Position numbers and translations under genes: made by a program
Origin: Fidelibacterota bacterium
GTDB taxonomy: Bacteria > Fidelibacterota > Marinisomatia > Marinisomatales > TCS55
Reading direction: 5' to 3'
Length of the DNA: 32,878 nucleotides
Assembly (NCBI GenBank): GCA_027251445.1
Contig: JAPNQO010000065.1
Coordinates: 1 to 32,878 of the forward strand
The notes under the pieces: generated by a model
Told to the model about the DNA's origin: nothing
What the model saw: only the letters and a program-made list of their open reading frames with translations
The model's database searches: none
In this document: one piece after another, positions 27,333 through 32,878 of the stretch
Numbering within the stretch: position 1 is the first letter of the stretch
Layout of the letters: the number at the start of each line of letters is the position of its first letter

Positions 27333-28636
27333 TTAATATCTTTATTATTTAATATTAGGTGATGCGTTAATCTATTATCATCTATAGTCACTGCTTTATT
27401 AAGCAGTTTCATTGCTTTATGTAATTTGTTTGTATTTGAATTGAATAGCCTCATTAAAGGTTCTCCTTCAACAACTTCATCGCCAATCTTATGGTAGAAT
27501 TCAATACCAGCTGAAGGGTCTAAAGTATCAGACAATTTTTTTCTCCCACATCCAAGCTCACAATGCGCTTCACCTATTAGGAGGGTATTCATGCTAGTAA
27601 TAAAACCAGATGTTTTTGCAGATAGCACATTTTCTTCCATTGGTAAATGAAGTGTATGTAATGATGCAATATCCGAAAGACTCCCATCGTGAACCTCAAT
27701 CATTTTTAGAAATTTTTCTAATGCATGCCCTGATTCAATTAATTCTTTTTGTAGATTCAAAGCATCATTTTCATTGCTTACAATTTTAGCTTGTTGTAAT
27801 AATTTTGATCCCAGTGTAAAAGTAACTTCCATTGTGTCATTGCTGCCTTCATTTCTTAAACAGTATATAGCTTCTTTTATCTCACACCATAAACCAGCAT
27901 ATTGCCCTAAGGGCTGATCCATGCTACTGAAGACTATATCAGATTGAACATTAAAATGTTCAGCAATATCTTGTATTAATGCTGCCAATTCTTTCCCTTC
28001 ATCAAGTGTCTTCATAAACGCACCATTACCTATTTTAATATCCATTACTAAGCCTTGGATACCCTCAGCAATTTTTTTGCTCATTATTGATCCACATATT
28101 AGAGGGATAGAAGCAACAGTACCAGTTACATCACGCAGTGCATACATTTTTCTATCTGCAGGACATATTTCTTCTGTTTGTCCAATCATTGAAATTCCAA
28201 TATCATTAACATTTCTTCTAAATTGATCAAGGCTAATATTTGTTTTATAACCAGGAATAGTTTCTAGCTTGTCTAGCGTCCCTCCGGTATGACCTAAACT
28301 CCGACCGCTGATCATTGGTATAGATAAACCAGCTGCAGCCATTAACGGACCCAATATAATTGACACCTTGTCTCCAACACCACCAGTACTATGCTTATCA
28401 GCTACATAATTACTTAAAAATGAAAAGTCCATTTTATCTCCTGAATCAATCATGCTTTGTGTTAAAGCAAATATCTCTTTTCTAGACATCCCATTCTTAA
28501 ATATAGCTTTTAATAATTTTGTCATATCCTTATCGGATATTTGTTCATGAGAATATTCCCAGATAAATTGCTTTAGATCAGCAGAAGGTATTTCCTTTTT
28601 ATTTCTTTTTATCCGGATAATATCATTTGGAATCAT
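27329..28636 (-). CDS. pdp: Pyrimidine-nucleoside/thymidine phosphorylase
   Basis: DKHSTGGVGDK, SGRSLGHTGGTLDKLE, YALRDVT, SIMSKK; likely start ATG 28636 (MIPNDII). Confidence 0.92.
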   Translation of the reverse strand: MIPNDIIRIKRNKKEIPSADLKQFIWEYSHEQISDKDMTKLLKAIFKNGMSRKEIFALTQSMIDSGDKMDFSFLSNYVADKHSTGGVGDKVSIILGPLMAAAGLSIPMISGRSLGHTGGTLDKLETIPGYKTNISLDQFRRNVNDIGISMIGQTEEICPADRKMYALRDVTGTVASIPLICGSIMSKKIAEGIQGLVMDIKIGNGAFMKTLDEGKELAALIQDIAEHFNVQSDIVFSSMDQPLGQYAGLWCEIKEAIYCLRNEGSNDTMEVTFTLGSKLLQQAKIVSNENDALNLQKELIESGHALEKFLKMIEVHDGSLSDIASLHTLHLPMEENVLSAKTSGFITSMNTLLIGEAHCELGCGRKKLSDTLDPSAGIEFYHKIGDEVVEGEPLMRLFNSNTNKLHKAMKLLNKAVTIDDNRLTHHLILNNKDIN

Positions 28637-29999
28637 TGTTTTGATCCTTAGCCTTCTTTTTCCAGGGCCAATTAAATGAAGCACGGTCGCGAACCGTATT
28701 CAGTGTTAAATAAATTCCAGTAATAAGTAATAGAACGTTAGGTGTCCACATACCAACAAGTGGAGTAACTCGATTTCGATCTGCAAGCTCTTCGCCCCCT
28801 ATAAGAAAAATATAATATATTAAAAAGAAGCCAAACCCCATACTTATGGCAACAATAAACCCACCTTTTCTTGTTAGAGTGCCCAATGGTGCACCAACAA
28901 GTACAAATAAAATACATGCAATTGGCAATGAGAATTTTTTATGAATTTCTACTGCATATTTATTCTGACTTTTCTGATAGTTTTGTATTAATCGATACTC
29001 ATTATTCATTTGTCTTTCAAGACTTTTCAGTTTTCTATCTTGTCGTCTTTGTTCTGCAGATGTAAGATCTTCATTATCTAATATTTCTGATCTATAATTA
29101 TTCATTTCAACTAAGGCATCATCTAATGATTCTGGAACTAAACTATCCCCGATTACTTTATTAAATGCTCTACCAATGCGACTTTTTACACGGCCCGATC
29201 GCTCATTATAATTTGCTTTTTTACTAATCATCATAGGTACAGTCATTTCCCGATCAGAACGATTAGAAGTATCTCTTCTTGCGAGCATTAAATCATCTGC
29301 AGCTATAACAATTTTATGTTTTTTGAAATTAATTCTCCGATAACTCTTATAATCGTTTAAATCTAATTCATGTATCTCTCCATCATATAGCATTAATACT
29401 ATTCCATCATCAAGCATTTCTAATTCTCCTGTTGAAGAATAGATGCTCGTTTGTATTTCTTGATTCTCTTTACTAAAAATTCGCACATCTTCCATAAGCC
29501 CATTATTGTCTTTTTTGATAATCATGCTATAATCTGGCAAGGTATTAATAAAATGCCCTGGTTCTATTTCCAATCCAGGTCTCTTTTTATGAATATCACC
29601 TTGTAGTAATCGAGCGTAGAAATTCATTTCTGGTAAAACATAATTATTAAAATATGTAAGTGATAAGCAAACAATCGTACCAAAAATAAGAGCTGGTTTT
29701 AATATAGATGTAAAACTAATGCCAGAAGCACGCATTGCATTAATTTCATTATCTTCTGACATTCTTCCGAAAGCCATTAGTGTGGCAATTAATACTGCCA
29801 TAGGGACTGCCAAAGCAATTATCCATGCAAGATTAAGAAACAAGTATTCAAAAATTGTCAGCACATTAAGACCTTTACCTAAAAAGCGGTCAATTGCTCT
29901 AAGAAAAAAATTTATAAATAACATGAGTACTATAATCATTAAAGAATAGATAAATGGTAAGATAAGTTCTTTAATGATATAGCGAGATATTAGTAGCAT
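28623..29999 (-). CDS. lptF: LptF/LptG family LPS export permease
   Basis: RYIIKE, PMAVLIA...GRMSEDNEINAMRASGIS, EIHKKFSLP..C..F..VGAPLG, W.PN; F versus G assignment is tentative. Confidence 0.85.
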   Translation of the reverse strand: MLLISRYIIKELILPFIYSLMIIVLMLFINFFLRAIDRFLGKGLNVLTIFEYLFLNLAWIIALAVPMAVLIATLMAFGRMSEDNEINAMRASGISFTSILKPALIFGTIVCLSLTYFNNYVLPEMNFYARLLQGDIHKKRPGLEIEPGHFINTLPDYSMIIKKDNNGLMEDVRIFSKENQEIQTSIYSSTGELEMLDDGIVLMLYDGEIHELDLNDYKSYRRINFKKHKIVIAADDLMLARRDTSNRSDREMTVPMMISKKANYNERSGRVKSRIGRAFNKVIGDSLVPESLDDALVEMNNYRSEILDNEDLTSAEQRRQDRKLKSLERQMNNEYRLIQNYQKSQNKYAVEIHKKFSLPIACILFVLVGAPLGTLTRKGGFIVAISMGFGFFLIYYIFLIGGEELADRNRVTPLVGMWTPNVLLLITGIYLTLNTVRDRASFNWPWKKKAKDQNNDSK

Positions 30000-30120
30000 A
30001 TAAAAAATTACTTAGTATTACATTAATATAAAATGAGTCCTTTAAATGACTTTACATCTTGTGTTGGATACGGAAAGCCGGTAATTTTGCCTGCCGTTTC
30101 GAAAACGAAATAGGCCAAAT

Positions 30121-30195
30121 GGTGGGCGTAGCTCAGCTGGTTAGAGCACCTGGTTGTGGCCCAGGAGGCCGTGGGTTCAAGTCCCATCGCTCACC
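30121..30195 (+). tRNA. tRNA-His(GTG)
   Basis: G-1 then GTGGGCG/CGCTCAC acceptor stem, C73; anticodon arm CCTGG-TTGTGGC-CCAGG; T loop TTCAAGT. Confidence 0.96.
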
Positions 30196-30208
30196 CAAGA
30201 TTTTATTT

Positions 30209-30820
30209 TTATAGTACATCAAGATTTTTTAAATCCGTTTCCATTTGAGATGCGGATACAAAATGTATAGCCTGAAAATCTAAGTCTCTAGCAGCTTCAA
30301 CGTTAATTAGCGCATCATCAATAAATACTGATTCACTTGCATTAACCTTATAGCGATCGAGTAAAACCTGATAAAATTTATAGTCAGGTTTTTTTATTTT
30401 TTCATCTCCTGAAACGACAATTCCTTCAAAATATTCAAGAAAAGAATAAAACTCTTTTGCATGATAGAATGTTTCAGCAGACCAATTGGTTAATGCCAAA
30501 AGCCTGTATTTCTTTTCTGTATATAGTTTTTGAAGTATAGATACTGAATGGGAATCATAATCTCCAAACATTTCTTTCCAGCGAGAATAATAGGCCTTGA
30601 TTTCATTAATATATTTTGGATGTTTTTTTATTAAATCCTTAGTTGCTTTTTCAAGAGGGTATCCTGCATCTTGCTCTTCATTCCATTCTTTTGTGCAAAT
30701 ATTATCAAGGAAGAAACGCATATCTTGTTCATTAGAAAATATTTTTTTATACAAATATTCAGGATTCCAATCAATGAGGACCCCTCCTAGATCAAATATT
30801 ATTGTATTTATTTTGCTCAT
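30209..30820 (-). CDS. HAD-superfamily phosphatase (HAD-IA)
   Basis: IIFDLGGVL, LTNW, KKPD, FIDD. Confidence 0.92.
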   Translation of the reverse strand: MSKINTIIFDLGGVLIDWNPEYLYKKIFSNEQDMRFFLDNICTKEWNEEQDAGYPLEKATKDLIKKHPKYINEIKAYYSRWKEMFGDYDSHSVSILQKLYTEKKYRLLALTNWSAETFYHAKEFYSFLEYFEGIVVSGDEKIKKPDYKFYQVLLDRYKVNASESVFIDDALINVEAARDLDFQAIHFVSASQMETDLKNLDVL

Positions 30821-31032
30821 AAAATTATTATCATAGTATTGCAGGTATTGTTACTCCATCTACCATGTTCATGTGATTAATTATTAATAAATTTTTCTGC
30901 ACCTTCTGATTTAGTTAATCCATTTATATCTCATTGAATATAATTAATTAATAAATTATATCATTATAATGGCTAATTAAGAATGTAATTGTAATGGTTT
31001 TCTATAATTATATCATTTGTAAATTTTAAAAG

Positions 31033-32178
31033 ATGCTTAAGATCAATTCATATATATATGTGTACCTATCATTAATATTATTTGGGTGTGCGGATAATGA
31101 TGAAGAGACATTCACAGTAGATGATCTCAAATTGAATCAAATTCAAGTAATAGGCAGTCATAATAGTTATCGTATTAATGCAGACACAGATATGCTCAAC
31201 CTTATTGCAAGTTTTCAACCACAGCTTGCTCATGATCTAGATTATGGGCATCCCACATTTGAAGTTCAATTTAGTCAATATGGTATCCGTCAGATTGAGA
31301 TTGATATTTACCACGATCCAGAAGGAGGATTATTTTATAATCGACGTGGTAATTTATTTATTGGAATGCCTGTTGCTTCTGGAATTGAAGAATTATCCAG
31401 CCCAGGTTTAAAGGTTTTACATTTCCCGGATGTTGATTATCGAACTCATTATTATACGTTTATTGATGCGCTTCAGGCTGTAAAAGACTGGTCAGATCAA
31501 AACCCAAATCATATTCCTATATTTATTTTAGTCGAAGCAAAAGAGGAAAGTCTTGCAAGTTTATACCCTTCCTTGACAGGCTTTACTCAACCACTACCAT
31601 TTGATGATAATGCCTTGGATGCTATTGATGCGGATATACGAACTGTTTTTGGAGAAAATCTGGATAAAGTAATTACTCCAGATGATGTTCGTGGTGATAG
31701 TGAGTCATTGGAATCAGTTATATTAAATGGTGGCTGGCCTACCATCGGTGAAAGCAGGGGTAAAGTATATTTTGGTTTAGATAATGGAGGCACTATCCGT
31801 GATGCATACGTATCGGGACATGCGGCACTAGAAGGAAGAATATTATTTACACCATCTGATCCAGGCACGCCAGAAGCAGCCTTTTTAAAGCTTAATACTC
31901 CAACAGAAAGTATAGCTGATTTTGTGTCCCAAGGATATATAGTACGTACCAGAGCAGATGCAGATACAGAAGAGGCGCGTTCAGGGGATACCGGCCCACG
32001 AGATCTTGCTATTTCAAGTGGAGCGCAATTTGTATCAACAGATTATTATGTGGCAGATGCTCGTGCAGATACTAGCGATGGTTGGACTGATTATTCCGTA
32101 TCACTACCGGGAAACTTTATTGCTAGAGAAAATCCGGTAAGTGGATCAGGGGATTTTTTTGATATGGAAATTGAATGA
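31033..32178 (+). CDS. Phosphoinositide-specific phospholipase C-like (PLC-like phosphodiesterase) lipoprotein
   Basis: Lipobox ILFG-C; GSHNSY, GIRQIEIDI, KVLH, HIPIFILVEAK, SGAQFVSTDY. Confidence 0.83.
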   Translation: MLKINSYIYVYLSLILFGCADNDEETFTVDDLKLNQIQVIGSHNSYRINADTDMLNLIASFQPQLAHDLDYGHPTFEVQFSQYGIRQIEIDIYHDPEGGLFYNRRGNLFIGMPVASGIEELSSPGLKVLHFPDVDYRTHYYTFIDALQAVKDWSDQNPNHIPIFILVEAKEESLASLYPSLTGFTQPLPFDDNALDAIDADIRTVFGENLDKVITPDDVRGDSESLESVILNGGWPTIGESRGKVYFGLDNGGTIRDAYVSGHAALEGRILFTPSDPGTPEAAFLKLNTPTESIADFVSQGYIVRTRADADTEEARSGDTGPRDLAISSGAQFVSTDYYVADARADTSDGWTDYSVSLPGNFIARENPVSGSGDFFDMEIE

Positions 32179-32230
32179 TTAGGATAATGATATTAAATCT
32201 CATAATTTCGCCGGCTTTTAAAAAAGTTTT

Positions 32231-32305
32231 CGGGGTGTAGCGTAGTCCGGTTAGCGCACCTGCTTTGGGAGCAGGGGGTCGGGGGTTCGAATCCCTCCAC
32301 CCCGA
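32231..32305 (+). tRNA. tRNA-Pro(TGG)
   Basis: CGGGGTG/CACCCCG acceptor stem, A73; anticodon arm CCTGC-TTTGGGA-GCAGG; T loop TTCGAAT. Confidence 0.96.
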
Positions 32306-32309
32306 CATT

Positions 32310-32349
32310 AAAACCCTTATCAGCATATTGATGAGGGTTTTTTATTTTT
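32310..32349 (+). terminator. Intrinsic terminator after tRNA-Pro
   Basis: AAAACCCTTATCA-gcatat-TGATGAGGGTTTT followed by a T-rich tract. Confidence 0.85.
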
Positions 32350-32576
32350 GGATACCTATTATATGACACCTTTTTCCCTTTTTTTAATGTGACATATATC
32401 AACAAACTGCAAAAATTTATTTTATTATTTGATTTATTATTTTCATTTTTTTATGTTCACAAGTCGTTTTTGAAGTTGGGTTGTTTAGTTACGGGGTTTC
32501 TTACCAAATATTCAATCGAATACATTAAAAAGAATTAAAATATATTATATAAATAAATACTCAAGGAGTCATTAAG

Positions 32577-32878
32577 ATGAGACAAATCATAGGACAATTA
32601 TTTCTCGTTATTAATCTTGTATTTTCTAGTCTATTAATTGGACAAATTACTGTACCAAACGGTTATTATAGTGGAACCTGGGCAGGAGATACAACGTATC
32701 TGGTCACTGGTGATATATATGTAGACTACGGAGATACGCTTACTATTGGAGCAGGTGCACACTTCAAGTTCCAAGGAAACTACAAGATAGAAGTACGTGG
32801 CTCTTTATTTGCAAATGGAACAGTCACAGATTCAATTATCTTTGAACCAAATGATGCGAACTCAACCAGTAATGGTCA
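32577..32878 (+). CDS. Secreted protein, right-handed beta-helix-type N-terminus; partial, runs off the right edge
   Basis: Not in the track. AAGGAG SD; MRQIIGQLFLVINLVFSSLLIGQ...SGTW...YLVTGDIYVDYGDTLTIGAG..FKFQG.YKIEVRGSLFANGT..DSIIF. Confidence 0.78.
   Translation, partial: MRQIIGQLFLVINLVFSSLLIGQITVPNGYYSGTWAGDTTYLVTGDIYVDYGDTLTIGAGAHFKFQGNYKIEVRGSLFANGTVTDSIIFEPNDANSTSNG

Noticed and set aside
32123..32405. Two minus-strand ORFs in the track
   Set aside because: Antisense to tRNA-Pro and its terminator; typical spurious ORFs
1..32878. CRISPR array, IS, integrase, prophage or defence system
   Set aside because: No spaced direct repeats, terminal inverted repeats, or transposase, integrase or phage-like proteins recognised

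Overview
AT-rich bacterial chromosomal window. Gene content (FlgD/Por-type C-terminal sorting domain, DUF5916, DUF2480, long LptF, KorAB) suggests an FCB-group organism, possibly Marinimicrobia; this is inference only. Left to right: a partial TonB-dependent receptor and a secreted 767-aa sorting-domain protein separated by a strong hairpin; a TetR-type operator before etfB-etfA, a membrane Fe-S/CCG oxidoreductase (FadF/EMO-like) and DUF5916; a minus-strand run made of an orphan QLSLF protein, a selenocysteine-containing selD (in-frame TGA plus SECIS-like hairpin, truncated by the ORF track), and an IscR-box-led SUF operon (Rrf2, DUF59, sufA, B, C, D, E, T, S, a small CxxC protein, mini-DUF2480, dCMP deaminase); korAB; fumC; PBP1A; pyrimidine-nucleoside phosphorylase; lptF; tRNA-His; a HAD phosphatase; a PI-PLC-like lipoprotein; tRNA-Pro; and the start of a secreted beta-helix protein. 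The ORF track gives the wrong strand for korA (it is on +) and omits both edge genes. I saw no mobile element or CRISPR. The most notable items are Sec recoding in selD next to SUF, the orphan gene with a clamp-binding motif and a perfect palindrome over its start codon, and the secreted protein/TBDR pair. No database searches were run; family calls come from motif recognition.
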